A stretch of 64,000 bases of DNA from an uncultured Actinomycetes bacterium (GTDB lineage Bacteria > Actinomycetota > Thermoleophilia > Gaiellales > Gaiellaceae): NCBI GenBank assembly GCA_963697005.1, contig CAVOMK010000010.1:19774-83773 (forward strand), read 5' to 3'. The notes beneath the pieces are model-generated. The model saw nothing but the letters and a program-made list of their open reading frames with translations. It was not told the DNA's origin and did no database searches. The position numbers and the translations under genes were made by a program. Each line of letters starts with the position of its first letter. Positions within the stretch are counted from its first letter, which is position 1. Of the stretch, positions 20,516-31,476 are shown in pieces.

Positions 20516-20938
20516 ATGTTGATGCCGAAGAAGACGAAGTTCCGCAAGGTCCATCGCGGCCGCCGGCGCGGCGAGACGAAGGGTCAGTCGACCGTGCAGT
20601 TCGGCGACTACGGGCTCAAGGCGATCGAGCGGGGCTGGATCACGAACCGCCAGATCGAGGCGGCTCGTATCGCCATGACGCGCAAGATCAAGCGCGGCGG
20701 CAAGGTCTGGATCAACGTCTTCCCGGACAAGTCGTACACGAAGAAGCCGGCCGAGACCCGCATGGGCTCGGGCAAGGGCTCGCCCGAGGGCTGGGTGGCC
20801 GTGATCAAGCCCGGCCGCGTCATGTTCGAGCTGGCCGGCGTCCCGGAGCCCCTGGCGAAGGACGCGCTGAAGCTCGCGGGCCAGAAGTTGTCCATCAAGT
20901 CGAAGATCGTGAAACGGGAGGCCGAGCTCTTTGACTAG
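20516..20938 (+). CDS. rplP: 50S ribosomal protein L16.
   Basis: The protein reads [26 protein letters not shown] lies 9 nt upstream. Confidence 0.97.
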   Translation: MLMPKKTKFRKVHRGRRRGETKGQSTVQFGDYGLKAIERGWITNRQIEAARIAMTRKIKRGGKVWINVFPDKSYTKKPAETRMGSGKGSPEGWVAVIKPGRVMFELAGVPEPLAKDALKLAGQKLSIKSKIVKREAELFD

Positions 20939-21137
20939 GCCGAGCGAATTGAGAGACCTGACCGACGACGAGCTGGAGCATCGCCTCGTCGAGCGGCGTC
21001 AGGAGCTGTTCAACCTCCGCTTCCAGTCGGTCACCGGCGCGCTCGAGAACAACGCGCGGCTGAAGCTGACGAAGCGCGAGATCGCGCGAATTTTGACCGT
21101 TGTGAATGAACGTGAAACTGAAAAGGGACGTGCATGA
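20931..21137 (+). CDS. rpmC: 50S ribosomal protein L29.
   Basis: The TTG start gives [32 protein letters not shown]. Confidence 0.92.
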   Translation: MTRPSELRDLTDDELEHRLVERRQELFNLRFQSVTGALENNARLKLTKREIARILTVVNERETEKGRA

Positions 21138-21194
21138 GCGAAGAGACCGAAAAGACTGAAGATCGAGGAGACTCCGGCTGCGCCGGAGTCGGGT

Positions 21195-21692
21195 GTGGAG
21201 ACCGCGGAGGCCGAGGCACCTGCGGCGGAAACGCCGGCGACTGAAGAGGCGCCTGCGGCTGAAGAGGCGCCGGCTACCGAAGCACCTGCGGCTGAGGAGC
21301 CTGCGGCTCCGCCTGCGCAGTCGCAGCCGAAGAAGAAGCGCAAGCATGTTCCGCGCGCCGAGCGCCCCAAGAAGGGGCGGCGCGTCCACGTGCCCGCCGC
21401 CGAGCGCAAGCCGATCGTCCGCCTCCCGAAGCCCGAGCACGATCGCGGGCGCAGCCAGGAGCGTCGCGGCGTCGTCGTCTCGAGCGCGATGGACAAGACC
21501 ATCGTCGTCAAGGTCGACGTGATCAAGCAGCACCCGCGGTACAAGAAGGTCGTGCGGCGCTCCGTCAAGTTCCATGCCCACGACGAGCAGAACTCCGCCA
21601 ACGTCGGCGACGTCGTGCGCATCGTCGAGACGCGCCCGCTGTCGGCGACGAAGCGCTGGCGGCTCGCCGAGATCGTCGAGGCTGCGAAGTGA
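21195..21692 (+). CDS. rpsQ: 30S ribosomal protein S17 with an N-terminal extension of about 75 aa.
   Basis: The core is [32 protein letters not shown] 21195 follows GGAG by 6 nt. An alternative start is the ATG at 21134 (ATGA overlap with rpmC), which would need a +1 change near 21161. Confidence 0.88.
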   Translation: METAEAEAPAAETPATEEAPAAEEAPATEAPAAEEPAAPPAQSQPKKKRKHVPRAERPKKGRRVHVPAAERKPIVRLPKPEHDRGRSQERRGVVVSSAMDKTIVVKVDVIKQHPRYKKVVRRSVKFHAHDEQNSANVGDVVRIVETRPLSATKRWRLAEIVEAAK

Positions 21693-22057
21693 TCCAGCAG
21701 GAATCCCGCCTGAAGGTGGCCGACAACACCGGCGCCCGCGAGCTCCTGTGCATCCGTGTGATGGGCGGTCACCACCGCCGCTACGCGCGGGTGGGCGACA
21801 TCATCGTCGGCACCGTCAAGACGGCGACGCCGCAGGGTGCCGTCAAGAAGGGCGAAGTCGTTCGCGCCGTCGTCGTCCGGACGCGTAAGCCGTTCGGCCG
21901 TGTCGACGGCACCACGATCGCGTTCGACGAGAACGCCGCCGTGATCATCGACGCGCAGCGCAACCCGCGCGGCACGCGCATCTTCGGGCCGGTCGCCCGC
22001 GAGCTGCGCGAGAAGAACTTCATGAAGATCGTTTCGCTCGCCCCGGAGGTGTTGTAG
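21689..22057 (+). CDS. rplN: 50S ribosomal protein L14.
   Basis: The protein reads [24 protein letters not shown]. Confidence 0.97.
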   Translation: MIQQESRLKVADNTGARELLCIRVMGGHHRRYARVGDIIVGTVKTATPQGAVKKGEVVRAVVVRTRKPFGRVDGTTIAFDENAAVIIDAQRNPRGTRIFGPVARELREKNFMKIVSLAPEVL

Positions 22058-22432
22058 ATGGCCCAGACGATGAAGATCCGCCAGGGCGACATCGTCCACG
22101 TGATTCGCGGCAAGGACCGTGGCAAGGAAGGCCGCGTCATCGCCTCCATGCCGAAGGACGGCCGCGTGCTCGTCGAGAACGTCAACATGGTCAAGCGGCA
22201 TCAGCGCCCGCGCCCGATTCAGAACTCGAGCCGCATGGGCGGGCCGTCGATCATCCCCGGCGGGATCATCGAGAAGTCGGCGCCGCTCCCGGTGTCGAAC
22301 GTGATGATCGTCTGCCCGACGTGCAAGAAGCCGACGCGCGTCGGCACCGTGCTGAAGACCGTGAAGGACAAGACGGTCCGCATCCGCGTGTGCAAGAACG
22401 ACGGCTGCGGCCAGGAGATCGACAAGACATGA
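22058..22432 (+). CDS. rplX: 50S ribosomal protein L24, a four-Cys zinc-knuckle variant.
   Basis: The protein reads MKIRQGDIVHVIRGKDRGKEGRV ... CPTCKKPTRVG...VCKNDGC. Confidence 0.94.
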   Translation: MAQTMKIRQGDIVHVIRGKDRGKEGRVIASMPKDGRVLVENVNMVKRHQRPRPIQNSSRMGGPSIIPGGIIEKSAPLPVSNVMIVCPTCKKPTRVGTVLKTVKDKTVRIRVCKNDGCGQEIDKT

Positions 22433-23011
22433 GCGCAGCAGCGACCGACACCTATACGCCGCGCCTGAAGGTGCGGTACGAGAGGCGAGATCCGCCCGCA
22501 GCTCAAGGACGAGCTCGGCCTCGACTCGGTCATGCAGGTCCCGCGCCTCGAGAAGATCACGCTCAACATGGGCGTGGGCGAGGCGAAGACCGACGCGAAG
22601 CAGATGGACTCCGCCATCGAGGAGCTGACGACGATCGCCGGCCAGCGCGCCCAGGTGCGCAAAGCGCGGAAGTCGATCGCGCAGTTCAAGGTGCGCGAGG
22701 GCATGCCGGTCGGCGCGAAGGTGACGCTCCGCGGCGCGCGCATGTACGAGTTCCTCGACCGGCTGGTCTCCATCGCGCTGCCGCGCATCCGCGACTTCCG
22801 CGGCCTCAACCCGGGCTCGTTCGACGGGCGCGGCAACTACTCGCTCGGCGTGCGCGAGCAGATCATCTTCCCCGAGATCAACTACGACGACATCCAGCAG
22901 GTACGCGGCCTCGACGTGACGATCACGACCAGCGCCGAGACCGATGAACACGCTCGCGCCCTTCTGCAGGCCCTCGGCCTGCCGTTCGGCGAAGGGCCAA
23001 GGAGGGACTAA
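22429..23011 (+). CDS. rplE: 50S ribosomal protein L5 with an apparent +1 frame change near 22486.
   Basis: ATG 22429 gives [19 protein letters not shown]. The reading then continues in frame 2 as [33 protein letters not shown] (ORF 22532..23011). Confidence 0.93.
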
Positions 23012-23197
23012 GTGGCAAAAACGAGCCTCGTCGTCAAGCAGAAGCGTCCGCAGAAGTACCGGGTGCGCAACTACTCGCGCTGCAACAAGTGCGGCCGGCC
23101 GCGCGCGGTGTTCCGCAAGTTCGGGCTCTGCCGCATCTGCCTGCGCGACCTCGCGCATCAGGGCGCGATCCCCGGCATGACGAAATCGAGCTGGTGA
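23012..23197 (+). CDS. rpsN: 30S ribosomal protein S14, type Z (zinc-binding, 61 aa).
   Basis: The protein reads [45 protein letters not shown]. Confidence 0.95.
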   Translation: MAKTSLVVKQKRPQKYRVRNYSRCNKCGRPRAVFRKFGLCRICLRDLAHQGAIPGMTKSSW

Positions 23198-23201
23198 CCC
23201 G

Positions 23202-23597
23202 ATGCTGACCGATCCGATCGCCGACATGCTCACCCGCATCCGGAACGCGAACAAGGCGCTCCACGACAAGGCCGTGATGCCGAGCTCGCGCATGAAGGTG
23301 GAGATCGCCCGCCTCCTGAAGGAGGAGGGCTACATCCGGGACTATCACGTCGAGAAGGGCGAATCCTTCGATACCCTGGTCGTCGACCTCAAGTTCGGCC
23401 GGAATCGCGAGCGGGTCATCTCTGGCCTGAAGCGCATCTCCAAGCCGGGCCGCCGGGTCTACGCGCGGAAGGATCGTCTCCCGCGCGTGCTGGGCGGGAT
23501 GGGTGTCGCAATCCTGTCCACGTCCTCCGGGCTCGTCACGAGCCGGACCGCGCAGGAGCGCGGGATCGGTGGCGAGGTCGTCTGCTTCATCTGGTGA
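23202..23597 (+). CDS. rpsH: 30S ribosomal protein S8.
   Basis: The protein reads [19 protein letters not shown]. Confidence 0.97.
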   Translation: MLTDPIADMLTRIRNANKALHDKAVMPSSRMKVEIARLLKEEGYIRDYHVEKGESFDTLVVDLKFGRNRERVISGLKRISKPGRRVYARKDRLPRVLGGMGVAILSTSSGLVTSRTAQERGIGGEVVCFIW

Positions 23598-23601
23598 GCG
23601 A

Positions 23602-24137
23602 ATGAGCCGAATCGGAAAAAAGCCCATCGAGATCCCGCGCGGCGTCGACCGTCACGGTCGAGCCTGGCCGCGTTCAGGTCGCCGGCCCGCTCGGAACCCT
23701 GCAGCAGCAGGTTCCGCTGCGCATGGCGATCGCGCAGGAGGAAGGCACCGTCCTCGTCACGCGGCCGACCGAGCGCGGCGAGGACCGGTCGCTGCACGGT
23801 CTGACGCGCACGCTCATCGCGAACATGGTCGAGGGCGTCACGAAGGGCTTCGAGAAGCGCCTCGAGATTCAGGGCGTCGGCTATCGCGCCGCACTCAAGG
23901 GCACCGACCTCGAGCTCCAGGTCGGCTACTCGCATCCCGTCACGATCAAGCCGCGGACGGGCATCACGCTTCGAGGTGCCGGTGCCGACGCAGGTCGTCG
24001 TCAAGGGCACCGACAAGCAACAGGTCGGCCAGACGGCCGCCGAGATTCGCAAGGTCCGCCCGCCGGAGCCCTACAAGGGCAAGGGCATTCGCTACGAGGG
24101 CGAGTACGTGCGCAGGAAGGTGGGCAAGCGTGCCTAG
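23602..24137 (+). CDS. rplF: 50S ribosomal protein L6 with two apparent +1 frame changes, near 23650 and 23969.
   Basis: The pieces are [16 protein letters not shown] | [15 protein letters not shown]...KPRTGIT | [55 protein letters not shown]. Stop is TAG 24135-24137. Confidence 0.92.
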
Positions 24138-24138
24138 C

Positions 24139-24486
24139 TTGACGGTCAGAGAAGGACGGCTTCGCCGCCACAAGCGCGTGCGCGGCAGGGTGAACGGCTC
24201 GCCGCAGCGGCCGCGTCTCGTGGTCTTCCGGTCGAACCGGGGCATCGAGGCGCAGCTCGTCGACGATCTCACCGGCAAGACGCTCGCGGCCGCGTCCTGG
24301 ATCGCGCTGAAGAAGTCGTTCAAGGGCGACAAGAGCGAGCAGGCGGCCGAGGTCGGCAAGCAGCTCGCCGCGGCCGCGAAGAAGGCCGGCATCGAGGCGT
24401 GCGTCTTCGACCGCGCCGGCTACCTGTACCACGGACGCGTCAAGGCGCTCGCCGACGGCGCGCGCAAGGGAGGACTGAACTTCTGA
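24139..24486 (+). CDS. rplR: 50S ribosomal protein L18.
   Basis: TTG 24139 (or GTG 24130) gives [38 protein letters not shown]. Confidence 0.93.
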   Translation: MTVREGRLRRHKRVRGRVNGSPQRPRLVVFRSNRGIEAQLVDDLTGKTLAAASWIALKKSFKGDKSEQAAEVGKQLAAAAKKAGIEACVFDRAGYLYHGRVKALADGARKGGLNF

Positions 24487-25212
24487 TGTCTGTCGACTTT
24501 TCGGAGACCCGCGAGCTCAAGGAGCGCGTGGTCGAGATCAACCGCGTCGCCAAGGTGGTCAAGGGCGGACGCCGGTTCTCGTTCACCGCGCTCGTCGTCG
24601 TCGGGGACGAGGTCGACCGCGTCGGCGTCGGCTACGGCAAGGCGCGCGAGGTGCCGCTCGCGATCACGAAGGCGGTCGAGGACGCGAAGAAGAATCTGTT
24701 CACGGTGCCGAAGCACGGCTCGACGATCACCCACGAGGTGCTCGGCCGCTTCGACGCCGCCCGCGTCATGCTCCGCCCGGCCTCCGACGGTACCGGCGTC
24801 ATCGCCGGCGGCGGTGTCCGCGCGGTGCTCGAGCTCGCCGGCGTGCGCAACGTGCTCGCCAAGAGCCTCGGCACGACGAACCCGATCAACATGGCGAAGG
24901 CGACGATCGTGGCGCTCAAGGAGCTCCGCCGTCCGGAGGACGTGGCGCGGATCCGCGGCAAGCAGATCAGCGAGGTGCTCCCGTTGCCGGCCATCGGCGA
25001 AGCGGCCGAAGGAGCCCGTTGTCGCTGTGACGCCTCCGCCTGCGGCGCCCGTGGCAGTCGTCGTGGAGGAGCCCGTCGCGGTCGCGGCGCCGGAGCCCGA
25101 GCCCGAGCCCGAGGTCGTGGAAGCGCCCGAGCCGGTCGCCGAGGCGCCTGCGCCCGTCGTGGAGGAGAAGCCGAAGCGCCGTTCGATCCGGAAGAAGAAG
25201 GACGACAAGTAG
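24486..25212 (+). CDS. rpsE: 30S ribosomal protein S5 with a Pro/Glu/Val-rich C-terminal tail of about 70 aa. There is an apparent +1 frame change between about 24980 and 25017.
   Basis: The core reads [33 protein letters not shown]. The tail, [11 protein letters not shown]...[16 protein letters not shown], is in frame 1 and ends at TAG 25210-25212, directly before rpmD. Confidence 0.92.
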
Positions 25213-25391
25213 TGGCCAAGGTCAGGATCACGCAGATCAAGTCCCAGATCGGCCAGAGCGAGCGCCACCGCGGCACGCTGCGTGCGCTCGGCCTGGGCCG
25301 GATCGGCAACACCCGCGAGCACGACGAGAGCCCGGTGCTTGCAGGCATGCTCCGGAAGGTGGCGCATCTCGTGAAGGTGGACCAGAGCTGA
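25212..25391 (+). CDS. rpmD: 50S ribosomal protein L30.
   Basis: GTG 25212 gives [27 protein letters not shown]. Confidence 0.93.
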   Translation: MAKVRITQIKSQIGQSERHRGTLRALGLGRIGNTREHDESPVLAGMLRKVAHLVKVDQS

Positions 25392-26002
25392 TGGCCAAGT
25401 CGATGAATCTCTCCAATCTCCAGCCCGCGCAGGAGCGCGTCGACCGCAAGCGCGTCGGCCGCGGCCCCGGCTCGGGCACGGGCAAGTATGCGGGTCGCGG
25501 CAACAAGGGCCAGAAGTCGCGCGCGGGCTCGCACAAGATGCGCGCCGGCTTCGAGGGCGGCCAGATGCCGATCTACATGCGCATCGGCAAGCTGCGCGGC
25601 TCGACGTCGAAGGACGCGATGCCGGTCGGGCCGTTCCGCACCGAGACGGTGCCGGTCAACATCCGCGACCTCGACCGCTTCGACGCGGGCGCGGAGGTCA
25701 CGCCCGAGTCGCTCGTCGAGAAGCGTCTGATCAAGAACACGAAGATCGACATCAAGCTGCTCGGCACCGGCGAGATCTCGAAGAAGCTCACCGTTCGCGT
25801 GCACAAGATCTCCGCGACGGCACGCGAGAAGATCGAGAAGGCCGGCGGCACCGTCGAGCTGCTGCGCGAGCCGAAGGTGAAGAAGGCCCGCCACCACGCG
25901 GTGAAGCCTGCGGCGCAGGAAGAGCCGGAGGCGACAGAGGCTGATGAACCTCAGGCGCGTAGCGCAGCGGAGGAAGCAGCAGCGGAGGAAGAGCAGGCCT
26001 AG
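25391..26002 (+). CDS. rplO: 50S ribosomal protein L15 with an acidic C-terminal tail.
   Basis: The protein reads MNLSNLQPAQERVDRKRVGRGPGSGTGKYAGRGNKGQK. Confidence 0.95.
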   Translation: MAKSMNLSNLQPAQERVDRKRVGRGPGSGTGKYAGRGNKGQKSRAGSHKMRAGFEGGQMPIYMRIGKLRGSTSKDAMPVGPFRTETVPVNIRDLDRFDAGAEVTPESLVEKRLIKNTKIDIKLLGTGEISKKLTVRVHKISATAREKIEKAGGTVELLREPKVKKARHHAVKPAAQEEPEATEADEPQARSAAEEAAAEEEQA

Positions 26003-27258
26003 TGTTCTCCTGGCTCGCAAATGCGTGGCGGGTTCCCGAGCTGCGCAAGCGCGTGCTTTTCACTGCGGCGGTCCTTGCCTGCTACCGGCTCGGCTCCTGG
26101 GTGCCCGCGCCGGGCATCGATCAGCAGGCCATCCAGCAGTACTTCAACGGCGCGGGCGGCGGCATCCTCACGCTGCTGAACCTCTTCTCGGGCTCGGCGC
26201 TGTCGCGCTTCTCGCTCTTCGCGCTCGGGATCATGCCGTACGTCACGGCGTCGATCATCCTCCAGCTGCTCACGGCCGTCGTGCCGACGCTCGAGCGGCT
26301 GCAGAAGGAGGGTGAAGCCGGCTACGCCAAGATCACGCAGTACACGCGCTACCTGACGGTCGCCCTCGCGGCGGCGCAGTCGACGGGCTACGCCTTCCTG
26401 TTCAAGCGGCAGGGCGCGCTCCCGGGCGTGAACGCCGGCCGGCTCGTGATCATCGTCCTGACGCTCACCGCCGGCTGCGTCCTGCTCATGTGGATGGGCG
26501 AGCTGATCACGAAGCGCGGCGTCGGCAACGGCATCTCGCTCCTGATCTTCGCGTCGATCCTCGCGTACGCGCCGACCGGCATCAGCGCCTGGATCAACGG
26601 CGGGACGACCGAGCGGCTGTTCTTCCCGATCGTCGCCATCGCCGTCGTCGTCGCCGTCGTGTTCGTGCAGGAGGGGCAGCGGAGAATCCCCGTGCAGTAC
26701 GCCAGGCGACAGCTGGGGAACCGGCAGACGACCGGCGGCTCGACCTACATGCCGCTGCGCGTGAACATGGCCGGCGTCATCCCGGTCATTTTCGCCGCCG
26801 CGCTGCTCGCGCTCCCGCAGACCGTCGCCGGCTTCGTGCCCGCGTGGTCGAACTGGGTGAACGCGAACTTCCAGTACACGAGCTGGTACTACCTCGCCAC
26901 CGAGGCGGTGCTGATCATCGTCTTCACGTACTTCTACACGTCGGTCCAGTTCAACCCGGTCGACCAGGCCGACAACTTGCGCAAGTACGGCGGCTACATC
27001 CCCGGTATCCGGCCAGGGCCGCCGACGGCGGCCTATCTCGACCGCGTGCTGCAGCGCCTGACGCTGCCGGGCTCGCTCTTCCTGGCGACCGTGGCGGTGG
27101 CGCCGAGCGTGTTCATCCACTACTTCGGGTTCTCGCAGGCGACCGCACGTGCGCTCGGCGGCACGTCGGTGCTCATCGTCGTCGGTGTCGCACTCGACAC
27201 GATGCGACAGATGGAGTCGCAGATGATGATGCGCCACTACGAAGGCTTCCTGAGATAG
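26002..27258 (+). CDS. secY: Preprotein translocase subunit SecY.
   Basis: This is a 418-aa polytopic ORF with ALGIMPYVTASIILQLL and GISLLIFASI. Confidence 0.96.
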   Translation: MFSWLANAWRVPELRKRVLFTAAVLACYRLGSWVPAPGIDQQAIQQYFNGAGGGILTLLNLFSGSALSRFSLFALGIMPYVTASIILQLLTAVVPTLERLQKEGEAGYAKITQYTRYLTVALAAAQSTGYAFLFKRQGALPGVNAGRLVIIVLTLTAGCVLLMWMGELITKRGVGNGISLLIFASILAYAPTGISAWINGGTTERLFFPIVAIAVVVAVVFVQEGQRRIPVQYARRQLGNRQTTGGSTYMPLRVNMAGVIPVIFAAALLALPQTVAGFVPAWSNWVNANFQYTSWYYLATEAVLIIVFTYFYTSVQFNPVDQADNLRKYGGYIPGIRPGPPTAAYLDRVLQRLTLPGSLFLATVAVAPSVFIHYFGFSQATARALGGTSVLIVVGVALDTMRQMESQMMMRHYEGFLR

Positions 27259-27263
27259 CCGGC

Positions 27264-27848
27264 ATGAACATCCTGCTGCTCGGTCCGCAGGGGTCCGGCA
27301 AGGGGACCCAGGCAAAGAAGATCTCCGCGACCTACGGCGTCCCGCACATCTCGAGCGGCGACCTGTACCGCGAGGCGATCGCACGGGGCACCGAGCTCGG
27401 AAAGCAGGTCGAGCCGATCCTCGCAGCGGGGGAGCTCGTTCCCGACGAGATCACGATCCCGCTCATCCGGGACCGGCTCTCGCGCGGCGACACCACACCG
27501 GGCTTCGTCCTCGACGGCTATCCCCGCAACCTCGCGCAGGCCGATGCGCTCGACGAGATGCTCGAGGACGTCGGCCGGACGATCGAGATCGTCTTCGTGT
27601 TCTACGTTCCCGACCGGCAGCAGCTCATCGAGCGCTTGCTCAAGCGTGCGCAGGAGGAGAATCGCCCCGACGACACGCCTGAGGCGATCGAGCGACGGCT
27701 CGCGACGTACGAGCGCGAGACCGCGCCGCTCGGGGAGCACTACCGGACGCGCCTCGGCAACGTCGTCGGCATCCACGCCGACCGCAGCGTCCAGGACGTC
27801 TTCCAGGAGATCTCGGAGGCGTTGAGCGCGGTGGAGGCACGAGCGTGA
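27264..27848 (+). CDS. adk: Adenylate kinase.
   Basis: The protein reads MNILLLGPQGSGKGTQAKKIS...VLDGYPRNLAQA. Confidence 0.95.
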   Translation: MNILLLGPQGSGKGTQAKKISATYGVPHISSGDLYREAIARGTELGKQVEPILAAGELVPDEITIPLIRDRLSRGDTTPGFVLDGYPRNLAQADALDEMLEDVGRTIEIVFVFYVPDRQQLIERLLKRAQEENRPDDTPEAIERRLATYERETAPLGEHYRTRLGNVVGIHADRSVQDVFQEISEALSAVEARA

Positions 27849-28609
27849 TCATCCGCAAGTCCGCTGCCGAGATCGAGGGCATGGCGCGTGCCGGCGAGCT
27901 CGTCTACGAGACGCTGCAGCTCGTCGCCGAGCACCTCGAGCCCGGCGTCTCGATGCTCGAGCTCGACCGCATCGCCGACGAGCACATCGCCGCGAAGGGC
28001 GGGTACCCGACCTCGAAGGGCTACAAGGGCTTCCCCGCCGCGCTGTGCATCTCGCCCAACTCGATGGTCGTGCACGGCATCCCGACCGAGTACCGCGCCC
28101 GCGAGGGCGACCTCATCTCGGTCGACCTCGGCGTGACGCTGAACGGCCTCGTCGCCGACAGCGCGGTCACGCTGCCGGTGGGGGAGATCGACCCCGAGGC
28201 GCAGCGGCTCCTCGACGTCTGCCAGGAGGCGCTCGCCGCCGGCATCGAGCAGGCGCAGGTCGACAACCATCTGTCCGACATCTCCCACGCCGTCCAGACG
28301 GTCGTCGAGGAGGCCGGCTTCTCGGTCGTCCGCAGCCTCGTCGGGCACGGCGTCGGCCGCAGCTACCACGAGGACCCGCAGATCCCGAACTACGGCCCGC
28401 CCGGGCGCGGCCCCGTCCTCCAGTCGGGGATGACGCTCGCGATCGAGCCGATGATCACCGCCGGCTCGGCGGACGTCTACGTCCACGACGACGACTGGTC
28501 GATTTCCTCGGTCGATTCCTCGCTCGCGGCCCACTTCGAGCACACCGTCGCGATCACCGCCGAGGGCCCTCGGGTGCTCACGAAAGCCGGGGCGGCTCTG
28601 CTACGATAA
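27845..28609 (+). CDS. map: Methionine aminopeptidase type I.
   Basis: The 254-aa ORF carries CISPNSMVVHGIP, DLISVDLG, VGHGVGRSYHE and LAIEPM. Confidence 0.95.
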   Translation: MIIRKSAAEIEGMARAGELVYETLQLVAEHLEPGVSMLELDRIADEHIAAKGGYPTSKGYKGFPAALCISPNSMVVHGIPTEYRAREGDLISVDLGVTLNGLVADSAVTLPVGEIDPEAQRLLDVCQEALAAGIEQAQVDNHLSDISHAVQTVVEEAGFSVVRSLVGHGVGRSYHEDPQIPNYGPPGRGPVLQSGMTLAIEPMITAGSADVYVHDDDWSISSVDSSLAAHFEHTVAITAEGPRVLTKAGAALLR

Positions 28610-28666
28610 TCCCTCGCCGCGCACCGGCTTTGCCGTGCGCGCGCATCCCTCTGGACTAGAAAGGAA

Positions 28667-28888
28667 ATGCCGACCAAGGAAGAGAAGATCGAGGTTGAGG
28701 GCGAAGTCGTGGAGGCGCTCCCGAGCACGATGTTCCGGGTGCAAATCGACGGCGGCCACGCCATCCTGGCGACCATCTCCGGGAAGATGCGCAAGCACTA
28801 CATCCGCATCTTGCCGGGGGACAAGGTCAAGGTGGAGCTGAGCCCGTACGACCTGAACCGCGGTCGAATCACCTTCCGGCACCGCTGA
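28667..28888 (+). CDS. infA: Translation initiation factor IF-1.
   Basis: The protein reads [52 protein letters not shown]. Confidence 0.97.
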   Translation: MPTKEEKIEVEGEVVEALPSTMFRVQIDGGHAILATISGKMRKHYIRILPGDKVKVELSPYDLNRGRITFRHR

Positions 28889-28889
28889 T

Positions 28890-29003
28890 ATGAAAGTACG
28901 CCCATCCGTCAAGACAATGTGTGAACGCTGCCGCATCATCAAGCGGCACGGCACGACCATGGTCATCTGCACCAACCCCCGTCACAAGCAGAGGCAGGGG
29001 TAA
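28890..29003 (+). CDS. rpmJ: 50S ribosomal protein L36. It is below the ORF-track size cut-off.
   Basis: Hand translation gives [37 protein letters not shown]. Stop is TAA 29001-29003. Confidence 0.93.
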   Translation: MKVRPSVKTMCERCRIIKRHGTTMVICTNPRHKQRQG

Positions 29004-29383
29004 TGGCGCGCATCGCCGGGGTCAACCTCCCGAACCAGAAGCGGCTCGAGATCGGGCTGACCTACATCTACGGCATCGGCCAGCCGACGGCGCGCAAGGT
29101 CGCAGCCCAGCTCGGCCTCTCGCCCGACACGAAGATCAAGGACCTCACCGACGACGAGGTGACGAAGCTCCGCACCTACATCGACGGCGAGCTCGAAGTC
29201 GAGGGCGACCTGCGCCGCGAGCGCCAGCAGGCGATCAAGCGCCTGTCCGAGATCGGCGCCTACCGCGGCGTCCGGCATCGCCGCGGGCTGCCGGTCAACG
29301 GCCAGCGCACGAAGACGAACGCCCGCACGCGCAAGGGCCCGAAGAAGACCGTCGGGCGCGGCAAGAGCAAGGCGGCCAAGTAA
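29003..29383 (+). CDS. rpsM: 30S ribosomal protein S13.
   Basis: The protein reads [26 protein letters not shown]. Confidence 0.97.
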   Translation: MARIAGVNLPNQKRLEIGLTYIYGIGQPTARKVAAQLGLSPDTKIKDLTDDEVTKLRTYIDGELEVEGDLRRERQQAIKRLSEIGAYRGVRHRRGLPVNGQRTKTNARTRKGPKKTVGRGKSKAAK

Positions 29384-29792
29384 ATGGCGCCACCCCGGAG
29401 AGCAGCGGCCACGACGAGGCCGCACCCGTCGCCGCGTCCGCAAGAACATCGCCATCGGGCAGGCGCACATCAAGACGAGCTTCAACAACACCATCGTCGC
29501 CCTCACCGACAAGGAGGGCAACGTGATCGCGTGGGAGTCGGCCGGCTCCGCGGGCTTCAAGGGCTCGCGCAAGTCGACGCCGTTCGCCGCGCAGGTCACC
29601 GCCGACGCGTGCGCGCGGAAGGGCATGGAGCACGGGCTGCAGAAGGTCGAGGTCTTCGTGAAAGGCCCCGGCTCCGGCCGTGAGACCGCCATCCGCTCGC
29701 TCCAGGCCGCCGGCCTCGAGATCCTCGGCGTCAAGGACGTCACCCCGCAGGCCCACAACGGCGTGCGCCAGCGCAAGCGGAGGCGCGTCTAG
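29384..29792 (+). CDS. rpsK: 30S ribosomal protein S11 with an apparent +1 frame change near 29400-29425.
   Basis: ATG 29384 is in frame 2. The body, [28 protein letters not shown]...[14 protein letters not shown], is in frame 3, which has no start codon of its own. Confidence 0.92.
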
Positions 29793-30412
29793 TGGCCCGC
29801 GACGTCGGACCGAAGTGCCGCATCTGCCGCCGCGAGGGCCTGAAGCTCTTCCTCAAGGGGGAGCGCTGCCTGACGGAGAAGTGCGCGATCGAGCGCCGCT
29901 CGTATCCGCCGGGCGAGCACGGCCGCGGCCGCATCAAGCAGAGCGAGTACCTGCTTCAGCTGCGTGAGAAGCAGAAGGCGCGCCGGTACTACGGGCTGCT
30001 CGAGCAGCAGTTCCGCACGTATTACGAGAAGGCGTCCAAGCGCTCCGGCGTCACCGGCGAGGAGCTGCTGCGGATGCTCGAGACGCGGCTCGACAACGTC
30101 GTCTACCGCCTCGGCTTCGCCGCCTCGCGCGCGCAGGCGCGCCAGCTCGTGCGCCACGGTCACTTCCAGGTGAACGGGCGCCGGGTGAACATCCCGAGCT
30201 ACCAGGTTCGGCCGGACGACATCATCACCGTCGCGCAGAACTCGTCGGCGAAGCAGGTGATTCGGGACGCCACCGACCTCGTGTCCACCGTCGCTCCGTG
30301 GCTGCAGGCCGACCACGACGGCCTCACCGGCAAGGTGCTGAAGCAGCCCGAGCGCGGCGAGATCGACACGCCGGTCCAAGAATCGCTCATCGTCGAGCTC
30401 TACTCCAAGTAA
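29792..30412 (+). CDS. rpsD: 30S ribosomal protein S4, zinc-type N-terminus.
   Basis: The protein reads [31 protein letters not shown]. Confidence 0.96.
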   Translation: MARDVGPKCRICRREGLKLFLKGERCLTEKCAIERRSYPPGEHGRGRIKQSEYLLQLREKQKARRYYGLLEQQFRTYYEKASKRSGVTGEELLRMLETRLDNVVYRLGFAASRAQARQLVRHGHFQVNGRRVNIPSYQVRPDDIITVAQNSSAKQVIRDATDLVSTVAPWLQADHDGLTGKVLKQPERGEIDTPVQESLIVELYSK

Positions 30413-30469
30413 CAAGTAGCCGCGCTACGCGCCCTAGTTTGATGACCAACGAAAGGTAAGGACACCGTT

Positions 30470-31472
30470 TTGGCCACACGCGCTATGGACTTTCAGATTC
30501 CGCGCATCGTCCACGAGGAAGTGGACGAGCACCGCGGGGTGTTCCAGATCGAGCCGCTCGACCGCGGTTTCGGTCACACGTTCGGCAACTCGCTGCGCCG
30601 CGTGCTGCTCTCGTCGCTCGAGGGCGCTGCGGTCACCTCGGTCAAGGTCGAGGGCACCGCGCACGAGTTCACGACGCTGCCGGGCGTCCGCGAGGACGTC
30701 ACCGACATCGTCCTCAACCTCAAGAACCTCGTCGCCCGCCTGCACGGCGATTCGCCCGAGGTCGAGGTGCACATCGCGAAGAAGGGCCCGGGCATCGTCA
30801 CCGCCGCCGACATCGAGGCGCCTGCGGAGCTCGAGATCCTCAACCCGGAGCTCGAGATCGCGAACCTCTCGGATCGCGGCCGCCTGGAGCTGACGCTCAC
30901 GATCGGGCGCGGCCGCGGCTACAACCCGGCCGAGCTCAATCGCGGGCCGCAGCACACGATCGGCGTCATTCCGATCGACTCGATCTTCTCGCCCGTCCGC
31001 CGCGTCTCGTTCGCGGTCGAGGCCGCGCGCGTCGGACAGCGGACGGACTACGACAAGCTCATGCTCGACATCACGACCGACGGCTCCGTCGATCCGAAGG
31101 ACGCGCTCGGCGAGGCGGCCGAGATCCTCATCCGCCAGCTCGCGATCTTCACCGACATCGACAAGATGGAGGGCTTCGGCGAGCAGGCGGTCGTCGCCGG
31201 CGACGGCGTCAGCCCCGAGACGGGCCTCGCCCGCGGGATGGAGAACTTCCCGATCGAGGAGCTCGAGCTCGGCGTCCGGTCGTACAACTGCCTGAAGCGC
31301 GTCGGCATCGAGACCATCGGCGATCTCGTCATGAAGACGGAGAACGAGCTCGCGGCGATCCCGAACTTCGGCAAGAAGTCGATCGAAGAGGTCAAGGAGA
31401 CGCTCTCGCAGCACGGTCTCACGCTGCGCGGCGACAGCGGCATCGGCTTCAGCAGCGGAGAGCCTCGAGTAA
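30470..31472 (+). CDS. rpoA: DNA-directed RNA polymerase subunit alpha. A +1 frame change near 31463 is probable; read literally, the ORF runs to 31561.
   Basis: The protein carries FGHTFGNSLRRVLLSSLEGAAVTSVKV and ELELGVRSYNCLKRVGIETIGDL. Removing one C gives ...SSGELE and TAA 31470-31472, 4 nt before rplQ. Confidence 0.93.
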
Positions 31473-31476
31473 CGCC

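Noticed and set aside
22058-23197. The zinc-knuckle L24 and the 61-aa type-Z S14 as novelties.
   Set aside because: Four-Cys L24 (as in Thermus, from memory) and type-Z S14 are known variants. They are recorded as features only.
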